Of a stretch of DNA of 64,000 nt, positions 49,501 through 64,000 are shown in pieces (position 1 is the stretch's first letter; every line of letters starts with the position of its first letter). Made by a program: the position numbers and the translations under genes. The stretch is from Octopus sinensis (lineage: Eukaryota), in assembly GCF_006345805.1 (NCBI RefSeq), contig NC_043001.1, positions 108,624,001 to 108,688,000 on the forward strand, given 5' to 3'. A model generated the notes under the pieces. The model did no database searches. It was given only the letters and a program-made list of their open reading frames with translations, and had not been told where the DNA came from.

Positions 49501-52500
49501 CTCTCTCTCTCTCTGGGAATATATATATAAGAGACCAAAGTGTATGTATGCTGCTATATGTATATAAAAAAGAATACAAAAAAGGGACAAGAAAATCATC
49601 CAGACATATGATACGAAAAAAGGACAAGGAAAACAAGGATGGGTCATTTGGAGTTTTCTTTCGTCAGTCGAGTTCCAGATTATCTTTGCAGATTTGGCTG
49701 GTTATACTCGGACTGCTCTAATCTGACCAGCCCGAAAGGAAATCTAAGCTAAGAGCACTAGATTCCTTGGAAGAAAGCAGTGAATGTATATGAAAACAAG
49801 GATGGGGAAAAAAAACCCAGAGAAATGGTACACAAATACAAGTGCAAAGAACAGGACATTAACAACAGGTGTCTTTCGACTAAGGACAAATTAAAACATA
49901 AGAGATGACAGGCATGGGAAGGAATATAGATATTGCACGGGTGGTAGTCAAACCAAGAAAGAAAGGTCAGGTTTGGCTGAACACTGGTCACATGGAAGGA
50001 GAGGAGAGTGGTAGAGGCAGATGGAGAGAAGAATTAGGGAGTGACAAGAAAAAAAAAAAGGGGGACAGAGTAAAGCGAAAGAGGGGGGAAGGTGAAAATG
50101 AAGAGACGGCTAGAAAATTTGAGAGAGGGGGAACGAAAGAACAAAGTAAGTGTGAAGGGGCTGATAGAAAGAATGAAAGGAGCAGTCCCAAATATAACCA
50201 GCCAAAACTGCAAAGATAATCTGGAACTCGACTGAGTTCTTTATTGCAACTTGTAGACAGTGATGTCATTGATGACAGGTCTGTAAAGGGACCAGTTAAT
50301 GGGTCACTGCCTTTCTGATTTTTATGGCAACAAGATATTGTCTAAGTTGAGGGAACAAATATCATGTATGGTACACACACACATGCACACAAGCAATGGT
50401 CAGTATATAAAGTACTCAGATTTTATTGTCTGAACTACATTGGAAGCCTGAAGTACTTTCAGGCAGATGGTGTTTGTATATATATATACTTGACCTGACA
50501 GTAAAGTTCTCCAGGTACATAGTGCTCAGGTTAACTTATGTATCTGTGTCTCCAGAGCCTGGTATAAATTCTTTAAAATAATATGTGCAGCTAGTGCTTT
50601 CTCTCTCCCTCCCCCTCTCTCTTTCTCTCTTTATCTCTGGGTATATATGTATATATATTTATTGAACCTCACAAAGGCAATGACTTGTGACTGAGACCTC
50701 TGGCAATGTGCTGTGCTTGAGAGGGCCCAACAAGCCAAGTGGACCCAGCTGGTGGCACATAAAGAACACCTTTCAAGTAGCAAAGTGGCTGAGTTCCTTT
50801 TAGGCATTGGGCCTCACGGAAGCAATGACTGAACCTTTGGCATTATGTCATGCTTGAGAAGACCCATCAAGCCAAGCAAAGTTGCACTTGTCGCAGATAC
50901 CGGTGTCAGGCAAATTGACACCGATGTGGGTGGCACGTAAAAACACCCTGTCATGCAAATAGCACATAAAAGCCCCATTACACTCTTGGAGTGGTTGGCG
51001 TTTAGGAAGGGCATGCAGCCGTAGAAAACGATGCCAAATCAGACTTGAGGATGGTGCAGCTTACCAGCCCAGTTAAGCCATCCAACCCATGCCAGCATGG
51101 ACAATGGATATTAAATGATGATGATGATGATGACATGAACACACACATACAGAGGCACAGGTGTGGTTGTGCATAAGAGGTTTGCTTCCTATTCACGTGG
51201 TCTCAAATTCTGTTCCACTGCATGGCCCCTTAAGGCAAATGTCTTCTACTGTAGCCCCCGACTATGATCTAGTTTATGTGAGGGGTTTGAACCCTAATTG
51301 CCACAATGCTAGTAACTTAACTGCCATTATTAAACTAGTTTTTGCAACCTGGAATTTTGATTGAAGATTTTAATTTAGATCTTTGAAACAGGTAATTTAT
51401 ATCATAGAACCAGGATTGGTATGAATGGGTCAAATTACATTGCTTTCATTTTTGGATAAAGGGCCAATGCTGTGGATTATGGAAGAGTCAGAAAATGGGA
51501 AATATGGCATTTGTATGTTATGATTATTTTCTTTATTGCAACTTGTAGACAGTGATGTCATTGATGACAGATCTGTAAAGGGACCAGTTAAGGGAACACT
51601 GCCTTTCTGATTGTTATGGTGACAAGGCATTGTCTAAGTTGAGGGAACAAATATCATGTATGGTACACACACACACACACACAAACACACAGAAGCAATG
51701 GTCAGTATATAAAGTACTCAGATTTTATTGTCTGAACTACATTGGAAGCCTGAAGTACTTTCAGGCAGATAGTGTTTGTATATATATACTTGACCTGACA
51801 GTAAAGTTCTCCAGGTACATAGTGCTCAGGTTAACTTATGTATCTGTGTCTCCAGAGCCTGGTATAAAGTCTTTTTAAAGTAATATGTGTAGCGAGTGCC
51901 CTCTCTCTCTCTCTCTCTGGGTATATATATATATAAGAGACCAAGGTGTACGTACGGTGCTATATGTATATAAAAAAGAATACAAAAAAGGGACAATAAA
52001 ACAAGGACAGGTCATTTGGAGTTTTCTTTCATAAGTTGAATCCAGATTATCTTTGCAGTTTCGGCTGGTTATACTCGGGACTATTCTAATCTGGCCAGCC
52101 CCAAAGGAAGTCTAAGCTAAGAGCACTAGATTCCTAGGTAGAAAGCGGCGAATGTATACGAATACAAGGATGGGGGAAAAAAATGGAGAAATGTTACACA
52201 AATACAAATGCAAACAACAGGTGTCTTTTGACTAAGGAAGAATTAAATTATGACATAAGAGATGACAGGCATGGGAAGGGATATAGATATTGCATGGGTG
52301 GTCGTCAAACCAAGAAAGGTCAGGCTTTGCTGAACACTGGTCACATGGAAGGAGAGGAGAGAGGTAGAGGCAGATGGATAGAAGAATTAGGGAGTGACAA
52401 GAAAAAAAGAAAAGGGACAAAGTGAAGTGAAAGAGGAGGGAAGGTGAAAATGAAGAGAAGGCTAGGAAATGTGAGAGAGGGAGAGCAAAAGAACGATGTG

Positions 52501-54235
52501 TGAAGGGGCTGATAGAAAGAATGAAAGGAGCAGTCCCAAGTATAACCAGCCAAAACTGCAAAGATAATCTGGAACTTGACTGAGTTCTTTATTGCAACTT
52601 GTAGACAGTGATGTGATTGATGACAGGTCTGTAAAGGGACCAGTTAATGGGTCACTGCCTTTTTGATTGTTATGGCAACAAGATATTGTCTAAGTTGATG
52701 GAACAAATATCATGTATGGTACACACACACACACACACAATGGTCAGTATATAAAGTACTCAGATTTTATTGTCTGAACTACATTGGAAGCCGGAAGTAC
52801 TTTCAGGCAGATAGTGTTTGTATATATATACTTGACCTGACAGTAAAGTTCTCCAGGTACATAGTGCTCAGGTTAACTTGTGTATCTGTGTCTCCAGAGC
52901 CTAGTATAAATTCTATAATATAATGTGTAGCTTTCGCTCTCTCTCTCCTCTCTTTCTTTCACTCTCTCTGGGTATATATGTATATATAATTCTATTTATT
53001 GAACCGCACAGAGGCAATGACTTGTGACCAAGACGTTTGTCTATGTGCTGTGCTTGAGAGGGCCCGACAAGCCAAGTGGACTCATGCTGGTGGCACATAA
53101 AGGACACATTTCAAGTAGCAAAGTGGCTGAGTTTCTTTCGGGCTTTGGGCCTTAGGGAAGCAATGACTGAGACCTTTAGCATTATGTCATGCTTGAGAAG
53201 ATCCATCAAGCCAAGCAAAGTTGCAGTTGTGGTAGATAACAGTGTCGGGCAAATTGATACCCATACCAGTGGCACGTAAAAGTACCTTGGTGTCATGCAA
53301 ATGGCACGTAAAAGCACCCATTACAGTCTTGGAGTGGTTGGCGTTTAGGAAGGGCATCCAGCCATAGACAACGATGGCAAATCAGACTCGAGTCTGGTGC
53401 AGCTTACCAGCTTACCTGTCAAACCATCCAACCCATGTCAGCATGGACGATGGATGTTAAATGATGATGATGACTTGTGGGCACACACACACACACACAC
53501 AGAGGCACTGGTGTGGTTGTTCATAAGAGGTTTGCTTCCTATTCACATGGTCTCAAATTCTGTTCCACTGCATGGCCCCTTAGGGCAAATGTCTTCTACT
53601 GTAGCCCCCGACTATGATCTAGTTTATGTGAGGGCTTTGAACCCTAATTGCCACAATGCTGGTAACTTAATTGCCATTTATAAACTAGTTTTTGCAACCT
53701 GGAATTTTGATTGAAGATTTTAATTTAGATCTTTAAAACAGGAAATTTATATCATAGGACCAGGGTTAGTATGAAAAGGGTCAAATTACATTGCTTTCAT
53801 TTTTGGATAAAGTGCCTATGCTATGGATTATGGAAGAGTCAGAAAATGGGGAATACGGCATTTGTATGTTATGATTATTTTCTTTATTTCAACTTGTACA
53901 CAGTGATATCATTGATGACAGATCTGTAAAGGGACCAGTTAAGGGGTCTCTACCTTTCTGAATGTTATGGCGACAAGATAGTGTCTAAGTTGAGGAAGCA
54001 AATATAATGTATAGTACACACACACACACAAGCAATGGTCAGTATATAAAGTACTCAGATTTTATTGTCTGAACTACATTGGAAGCCTGAAGTATTTTCA
54101 GGCAGATAGTGTTTGTATATATATACTTGACCTGACAGTAAAGTTCTCCAGGTACATAGTGCTCAGGTTAACTTGTGTATCTGTGTCTCCAGAGCCTGGT
54201 ATAAATTCTTTAAAATAATATGTGTAGCTAGTGCT

Positions 54236-54267
<32 letters not shown>

Positions 54268-55521
54268 CTGGGTATATATATATATATATATGTATATTTA
54301 TATCTATTGAATCTCACAGAAGCAATGACATGTAACCAAGACCTTTGGCAATGTGGTGTGCTTGAGAGGGCCCGACAAGCCTAGTGGACCCATGCTGGTG
54401 ACACATAAAGAACTCCTTTCGAGTGGCATAGTGGCTTTGAGCATTAGGCCTCTCAGAAGCAATGACTGAGACCTTTGACATAATGTCATGCTTGAGAAAA
54501 CCCATCAAGCCAAGCAAAATTGCAGTTGTCACAGATACCAGTGTCAGACAAATTGGCACCCTTTCCAGTGGCACGTAAAAACACCCTGGGGTCATGCAAA
54601 TAGCACATAAAAGCACCCATTATACTTTTGGAGTGGTTTGGCATTTAGGAAGGGCATCCAGCCATAGAAAACAATAGAAAATCAGACTTGAGTCTGGTGC
54701 AGCTTACCAGTCAAACCATCCAACCCATGCCAGCATGGACAATGGATATTAAATGATGACAATCATACACACACACACACACACACACACAGAGGCACAG
54801 GTGTGGTTGTTCACAAGAAGTTTGCTTCCTATTCACATGGTTTCAAATTCTGTTCCATTGCATGGTACCTTAGGGTAAATTTCTTCTACTGTAGCCCCCG
54901 ACTATGATCTAGTTTATGTGAGGGCTTTGAACCCTAATTGCCACAATGCTGGTAACTTAATTGCCATTATTAAACTAGTTTTTGCAACCTGGAATTTTGA
55001 TTGAAGATTTTAATTTAGATCTTTAAAACAGGAAATTTATATCATAGGACCAGGGTTAGTATGAAAAGGGTCAAATTACATTGCTTTCATTTTTGGATAA
55101 AGTGCCAATGCTATGGATTATGGAAGAGTCAGAAAATGGGGAATACGGCATTTGTATGTTATGATTATTTTCTTTATTTCAACTTGTACACAGTGATATC
55201 ATTGATGACAGATCTGTAACGGGACCAGTTAAGGGGTCTCTACCTTTCTGAATGTTATGGCGACAAGATAGTGTCTAAGTTGAGGAAGCAAATATAATGT
55301 ATAGTACACACACACACAAGCAATGGTCAGTATATAAAGTACTCAGATTTTATTGTCTGAACTACATTGGAAGCCTGAAGTATTTTCAGGCAGATAGTGT
55401 TCGTATATATATACTTGACCTGACAGTAAAGTTCTCCAGGTACATAGTGCTCAGGTTAACTTGTGTATCTGTGTCTCCAGAGCCTGGTATAAATTCTTTA
55501 AAATAATATGTGTAGCTAGTG

Positions 55522-55557
<36 letters not shown>

Positions 55558-56790
55558 ATATATTTATATCTATTGAATCTCACAGAAGCAATGACATGTA
55601 ACCAAGACCTTTGGCAATGTGGTGTGCTTGAGAGGGCCCGACAAGCCTAGTGGACCCATGCTGGTGACACATAAAGAACTCCTTTCGAGTGGCATAGTGG
55701 CTTTGAGCATTAGGCCTCTCAGAAGCAATGACTGAGACCTTTGACATTATGTCATGCTTGAGAAAACCCATCAAGCCAAGCAAAATTGCAGTTGTCACAG
55801 ATACCAGTGTCAGACAAATTGGCACCCTTGCCAGTGGCACGTAAAAACACCCTGGGGTCATGCAAATAGCACCTAAAAGCACCCATTATACTTTTGGAGT
55901 GGTTTGGCATTTAGGAAGGGCATCCAGCCATAGAAAACAATAGAAAATCAGACTTGAGTCTGGTGCAGCTTACCAGCTTACCTGTCAAACCATCCAACCC
56001 ATGCCAGCATGGACAATGGATATTAAATGATGACGATGATACACACACACACAGAGAGGCACAGGTGTGGTTGTTCACAAGAAGTTTGCTTCCTATTCAC
56101 ATGGTTTCAAATTCTGTTCCATTGCATGGTACCTTAGGGTAAATGTCTTCTACTGTAGCCCCCGACTATGATCTAGTTTATGTGAGGGCTTTGAACCCTA
56201 ATTGCCACAATGCTGGTAACTTAATTGCCATTATTAAACTAGTTTTTGCAACCTGGAATTTTGATTGAAGATTTTAATTTAGATCTTTAAAACAGGAAAT
56301 TTATATCATAGAACCAGGGTTTGTATTAAAAGGGTCAAATTATGTTGCTTTCATTTTTGGATAAAGGGCCAATGCTGTGGATTATGGAAGAGTCAGAAAA
56401 TGGGAAAATATGGCATTTGTATGTTATGATTATTTTCTTTATTGCAATTTGTAAACAGTGATATCATTGATGACAGATCTGTAAAGGGACCAGTTAAGGG
56501 GACACTGCCTTTCTGATTGTTATAGTGACAAGGCATTGTCTAAGTTGAGGGAACAAATATTATGTATGGTACACACACACACACACTGGTCAGTATATAA
56601 AGTACTCAGATTTTATTGTCTGAACTACATTGGAAGCCTGAAGTACTTTCAGGCAGATAGTGTTTGTATATATATACTTGACCTGACAGTAAAGTTCTCC
56701 AGGTACATAGTGCTCAGGTTAACTCGTGTATCTGTGTCTCCAGAGCCTGGTATAAACTCTTTAAAATAATATGTGTAACTAGTGCCCGCT
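46503..56790. repeat. Higher-order tandem array: (B-C-P-C-S)x3, (B-C-S)x2, B-C; 9 copies of module C
   Basis: B starts at about 46503, 48905, 51262, 53610, 54900, 56162 (periods about 2.4, 2.36, 2.35, 1.29, 1.26 kb). P is a Penelope-like fragment with an inverted arm; S is SINE-derived. Confidence 0.95.
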
Positions 56791-57283
56791 GTCTCTGTCT
56801 CTTTCTCTCCACTCACCCACACACCCACCAGCCAGGTAACCTTGTACCTCCTCTACAGCAAGACACCTGCTTCTTTCTCTCTATAACCTTTCATCATCCG
56901 ACACAAGAACATCTCTTCCAATGACTTCTCCGCTCTCAAAAGAGATTGTTTTTCCTCTTGTAAGTACCTGGTAGCCCTGTCAGTGCAGGTGCCACTTAAA
57001 AGCACCCAGTCCACACTGTAAAATGGTTTTGGCGTTTGGAATGAAGGCAACCAGCTGTAAAAACCTAGCCAAAACTGACCTCGCTTGTGCTTGTGCCACG
57101 TAAGAAGTGCCTAATCCCCTCTGCTGAATGGTTGGTGATAGGAAAGGCATCCAGCTGTAAAAATCCTGCCAAAACAGTTACAGAAACCTGGTGCAGGCTT
57201 CTGCCTGGTTGGCTCTTGTGAAACCATCCCACCCGTGCCAGCATGGAAGGCAGACGTTAAACGATAGTGATGATGATGATGGA

Positions 57284-57357
<74 letters not shown>

Positions 57358-57879
57358 CACACTGATACATCATTTACGACAAGGGTTCCAGTAGATGTGA
57401 TCAACAGAGCAGCCTACTCATGAAATTAACATGCATGTGGCTGAGTACTGCACAGACAAACGTAGCCTTAATGTAGTACTCTGAGAGATTCAGTGTGATG
57501 CAGAATGGGAAAAGGCTGGCCCCTTTGAAATACAAGTACAAATCATTTTTACCAGCTGAGTGGACTGGAGCAATGTGAAATATAAGTAACTTGCTCAAGG
57601 GTCACAGTGCGCTGCTGGGAACCAAACTCATGACCTTATGATCATGAGACAAACACCTTAACCACTAAGCCATGTACCTACACACACACACACACATGCA
57701 TGCATATATGTAAATATCGTTGTTTTGACATCCACTTTTCAGGTTGAGTTTAGTGAAGCAGATTTTCTGTGTGCAGACCAACCCTCACCTGTTACTAACC
57801 CTCTGTCACCAACCCTCACCTGTTACTAAGCAAGGTAATATTTTCCCCATGACCAGAAATGTTTTCACAGAATATTGGA

Positions 57880-58247
57880 AACTAGTACTATGACCCGGCA
57901 ACGCCAGGTCATAGTGCTAGTGCATGCATATACAGCTGCGTGCACACATACACGCGAGTACTGTCCAAATCTCCGACCAGTCACATACAGCTAGCTGGCA
58001 TTCAATTGGCGTATCAGGTTTCGGGCATTTTGATTGGGTTTTGGATAGAAAATTCACAAAAAAGTCACTTCTATTGATTTTTTTATGGCTTTGCGAGGTG
58101 ACTGGGGAAATGTAAAGATGTGCACAACCACCCTTGGACGGTTTTGAATGACCATAGAAAGTGCGAGCCCTCTAACTGAAAAATTGTGGATTTGTATAAA
58201 GGACACACACACACACAGACACATTTTGCCGTTTAATATATAGAGAT
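57880..58247 (+). mobile_element. Helentron-associated (HINE/DINE-1-like) non-autonomous element
   Basis: 5' AACTAG with hairpin CTAGTACTATGACC...GGTCATAGTGCTAG, a subterminal (CA)n, and a 3' end TTAATATATAGAGAT. Confidence 0.6.
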
Positions 58248-58313
58248 GACTGATATTCATTTACAGCACTAGCCCAATGCCAAGACACACAAACACGGAC
58301 CCACGTACATATA

Positions 58314-59018
58314 CAGGGTCTGATGAATAAGTATCTGGAATGCTGCCATAGTAACACAGCTAAAACATGTAGACTGAAGCCGCTTGGCAAATATTGAGGT
58401 TGAACCCTGCTGTGCATGCGCATTAAGTTTTAACGCTCTAGCTCACTTCCACTGTTTACAGCCATGCTTGGAAGGAACATGTGTAGCGTGTGATTGTTGC
58501 ATTGACCATAACAGAGAAAGTTGTCATGGCGATACCTGCTCAGAGGCCTGCGCAAAGTTGCAGAAAGTGTATGGAGAGGAGTGTATGAGCTGCACACAAG
58601 TGTATGAGTGGTTCAGACGTTTCCAAGATGGCCAAAAAAATGTCAATATTGATGAACGTTTTGGGAGACCCGCAACCAGCAGAACTGAGAAAAACATTGC
58701 AGATTAGTTATGGTTCAGTTCGGTCCATTATCACTGAAGATTTTGGTATGCGAGGCGTGTCTGCCAACTTTGTGCTAGAACTGCTTTCAGCTGACCAAAA
58801 AGCTACTCGGGTTTCAGTTACACAAGATCTCCTTGATTATGGTGAGAATGATGAAAAATTTTTGAAAACTTGGCTTAGGCCTCTGAGCAAATATAGCCAA
58901 GCTTTTGTCAAAATTTGATGCAGATTCTCTGCTCAACTTCCTCTGTCATGGTCAATGCAACAATCACATGCTACACACCTTCCTTCCAAGCACTGCTGTC
59001 AACAGCAGAAGTGAGCTA
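58314..59018. mobile_element. Mariner remnant: plus-strand 5' half fused to an inverted second 5' segment (58869-59018)
   Basis: TA|CAGGGTCTG start; LQKVYGEECMSCTQVYEWFRRFQDG...DERFGRP and ISYGSVRSIITEDFGMRGVSANFV. The inverted copy reads MTEEVEQRICIKF*QKLG. Confidence 0.8.
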
Positions 59019-59055
59019 TAAATATTCCTTCTTATTTCTGTCTCTTAAATATTCC

Positions 59056-59074
59056 TTTTTACTTCTCTTTTCAG
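59056..59074 (+). promoter_or_regulatory. Splice acceptor of the KAT5 coding exon
   Basis: TTTTTACTTCTCTTTTCAG|, 221 nt upstream of the ATG; a short uORF (MFL*) at 59081. Confidence 0.7.
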
Positions 59075-59247
59075 ATTGAAATGTTTTTGTGAGACCTGTT
59101 ACCATTTCAATAACACCAGTTATAACTTCCTCTTTTTCGAGAAAGACAAAGATCCCATCAACCAACAGAGCCTTTTTTTTCAATCATTGTGTTATAAAAT
59201 ACGTGGTTAGGCACAACAAGGGAGATCATAGCTCCACTATACAGTAA

Positions 59248-60777
<1,530 letters not shown>

Positions 60778-61964
60778 CTAATTTTCACTTTCTGGCCCTA
60801 CTCCACACCCCCAAATCTCTGTTGCTCACTGCTCCATCATTTTCTTTCTTCTGCTCTTAATCTTTTTAGCTATTCACTGTAGCATCGACAGCATCTTGAA
60901 ACTGATGTCGGTAGTGTGTGATTAGCTGGCTGTGAGAAAGATGGCTACCTGCTTCAACCACATTTAGCTGTTATTATTATGTCTGACCTGGAAAATGCCT
61001 TTGTATACATTTGTGCAAAAGTGTTACCTAGAAAAAAAAAACATTGAATTTGCTTGTTGATGATACATATATGCTTGCATGCATGCGTGTATGTATGTCC
61101 CTAATAGATGTTTATATTTGTGTATAAATGATAAAAAGTAGAAAACACATGCAGAGAAAAACACTGAGATGAGTTTTTTTATTGTCTTATTTGAATCATT
61201 CTTTTGTATGTGGATGGGTGAGTCTCTGCGAAGAATTTTTCTTGTCGATGTTTGGATATAAAACTTGTGTATGCATAGATTATGTTTATATATGCATGAA
61301 TTAAAAAGGTTTGTGTATGAGTGTAATACATACATATACACATATATACTGTATATTGAAATAATAGCATGCAATTCAATATCAAAAAAAATTCCTCACG
61401 AAGGTATATTATGTCTAAAATAGCATTGTATTCAAAATATATGTAAATATATGAAACATGGCAGCTTAAAAAATTGTTAATTAGAAGAATGCCTTCCATC
61501 TCATTCTTTTTATTAAGTCATTGGTTTTCTGAAGCAAGGATAATAAATATGTGTTCTTACAAGGAATCGGTATATCTTTAAGTGAAATTCCCAGATATTG
61601 CTTTTCCATGTTTAATAAATTCAGTACTAAGTGCTCTTTCTAAATAGAGAGCACAATATGTAACATTAATTAAAGGCATTCTTCTAATTAACAAATTTTT
61701 AAGCAGTCATGTTTCATATATTTATATATATATATATATATATTTTAATACAATACTAATTTAGACATATACATCTTCATGAGAAATTTTTTTGATATTA
61801 AATTTCATGCTATTATTTCAAAATACAGTATGTATATAATCGCTCGTATTAATGTCTAAATACTTTATAGTATTAATATTTTTGACATTTTATACAAAGA
61901 GCACTCATTATAAATTCAGTGTATAATATTCCAAGAGAATATATTTAATTAATGATACATATAG

Positions 61965-62315
61965 ACATAGTCGTAGCTGTGTGGTAAGTTAGCTTCCCAA
62001 CTATATGGTCGTGGGTTCAATCCCATTATGTGGTACTTTGAGTGTCTTCTGCTATAGCCTCAGGCTGACTAAAATTTTGTGACTGGATTCAGTAGGTGGA
62101 AACTGTAAGAAGCCCATCATATATATATATATATGTGTGTGTGTGTATGTCATTATGTCTGTGTTTGCTCCCCAGTCTTGGTGTGATTTTGACCCTGTGA
62201 CATAGCAGTTTGGTAAAAGAGACTGATAGAATAAGTACCAGGCTTTAAAAAAAAGTTCTTCAAGTCACTACTCCAGCATGGCTGCAGTCTAATGACTGAG
62301 AAAAGAAAGAAAAAG
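61965..62315 (+). mobile_element. SINE, family B, decayed
   Basis: Family B layout with CpG loss. Confidence 0.75.
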
Positions 62316-63154
62316 ACTATATATGTGTGTCTGTGTGAATTTAGGAATCAAACATGAAAGTGACTCAAAATCCAAAGGGGAGTCTGTATGAGTTAAAAAT
62401 AACTATAGAGCAAATAGTTATAGTTTACTGATTTCATTTATTAGCAAGAAACTCTGCTTTCGCTAATTCAGCAGCTCGTCTGAAACTACTTCATCTGAGC
62501 TGTAATATTAGCAGAGTTTCTTCACTAAAACGTTATATCTTCAAATTATACAACTATATATGTGTGTGTGTGCTTGTATACATTTACATACACATATACA
62601 CACTGTGTGTGTATGTGTACAACTGTAGACAAGCGATGTCAAACAAATGGTAATGGTAATTTTCATCAGACATGGTCCGACAGAGCAGTGCATTTATTTT
62701 CAGACAGTTTCTTTTTTTTTCAAAGAACTCCTCCAATCACAAAAGTAGGATGTGTTCATATTCTAAACTATGGTAAACGACACCAGATTCCATCACTTTG
62801 TTCATCTAGAAAAAATAAATTTGTTAATATACCTCTCAGTATATACATCATATTGGTGTGTCTTATTTTTCTTGTGAAATTATTTTGAAATTATTCCAGT
62901 TTTTCATGTGATATATCATTTTTATTTACCATTTCCTAAGGATTGAATTTTAGCATCCTCTTACCTGAGGCTGGGTGGCGGTTCAACACTGCTAAATTTG
63001 TTTTAGTTCTTTTTTAAGTCTTTTATGTTACTTTTCTTCATGTAATTTTTTAATAATTACCAAAATGTTTTGTGTGATAATTTCGGATTTTTGAAGTTTA
63101 GATAACTGAGGTAAAGTTGAAATTTTAATTTGAAATAAAATTGTATATAGACGC

Positions 63155-63311
63155 TGGAATGGCTGTGTGATAAGTAGCTTGCTTACCAACCACATGGTTC
63201 CAGGTTCAGTCCCACTGCATGGCACCTAGGGGAAGTGTCTTCTACTATAGCCTTGGGCCGACCAAAGCCTTGTGAGTGAATTCGGTAGACGGAAACTGAA
63301 GGAAGCCTATC

Positions 63312-63357
<46 letters not shown>

Positions 63358-63580
63358 GTGTGTGTGTGTGTGTATGTTTGTGTGTCTGTGTTTGTTCCCC
63401 CACCATCGCTTGACAACTGATGTTGTGGTGTTTACATCCCCTTAACTTAGTGGTTCAGCTAAAGAGACTGATAGAATAAGCACTAGGCTTACAAAGAATA
63501 AGTCCTGGGGTCGATTTGATCGACTAAAGGTGGTGCTCCAGCATGGCCACAGTCAAATGACTGAAACAAATAAAAGAATA
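63155..63580 (+). mobile_element. SINE, family B, full length
   Basis: Complete head-body-tail. Confidence 0.85.
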
Positions 63581-63789
63581 TATTAATTGTTGATTACTTA
63601 ATGACTGCCAAACTATCTTGTGGAGATAAATATTACAGTCAGTACAAGAAGAGAATATTTTCTTTTTTCAAGGAATTGTGGCACGAGTGTTCCAGTTGAT
63701 CCGATCAATGGAACAACCTGCTCGTGAAATTAAAGTGTAAGTTAGCTGAGCACTCCAGACATATGTACCCTTAACGTAATTCTTATTTC

Positions 63790-64000
63790 TTTACTGCCCA
63801 CAAGGGGCTAAACACAGAGGACAAACAGATTAAGTCGATTACATCGACTCCAGTGCATAACTGGTACTTAATTTATCGACCCCAAAAGGATGAAAGGCAA
63901 AGGCGACTGCGGCGGAACTTGAACTCAGAACATGGCAGCAGACGAGATACCTATTTCGGTACTACCCATAAGGGGCTAAACACAGAGGACAGACAAACGG
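63790..64000 (-). mobile_element. SINE, family A bodies (run off the window end)
   Basis: Reverse match to family A. Confidence 0.75.

Noticed and set aside
46503-56790. CRISPR-like or coding interpretation of the array (MPCHHNNQKGS..., WSVYKVLRFY... ORFs)
   Set aside because: Units are over 1 kb with homologous, not unique, spacers and there are no cas genes. The ORFs frameshift with TA or G/A run length and some copies gain stops.

Overview
Eukaryotic, AT-rich DNA dense in microsatellites and SINEs. The repeat landscape resembles an octopus-type cephalopod genome; this is my inference and was not checked by search. Only two protein-coding genes are supported: farnesyltransferase beta (FNTB, 37567-38889, minus) and the MYST acetyltransferase Tip60/KAT5 (59296-60777, plus). 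They are head-to-head and both have an uninterrupted single-exon CDS. Splice signals suggest non-coding 5' exons for KAT5 near 42 kb, followed by a ~16.8-kb intron. That intron holds a ~10.3-kb higher-order tandem array: 9 copies of a ~370-bp module, in which one 50-nt block is identical in every copy while the surrounding sequence has diverged. The left 27 kb contains several small elements with type-I minimal hammerhead ribozyme motifs, arranged as ~310-360-bp monomers with terminal direct repeats and/or inverted copies (Penelope/retrozyme-like). It also contains many fragments of an R4/Dong-like retrotransposon embedded in (CATA)n repeats. Other content: RTE and CR1 LINE fragments, tRNA-derived SINEs, several MITEs, decayed mariners and a Merlin transposon with TIRs nested in an RTE. 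Most listed ORFs are translations of microsatellites. Repeat boundaries are approximate (about +/-20 bp) unless a junction is quoted; RNA folds were worked out by eye.
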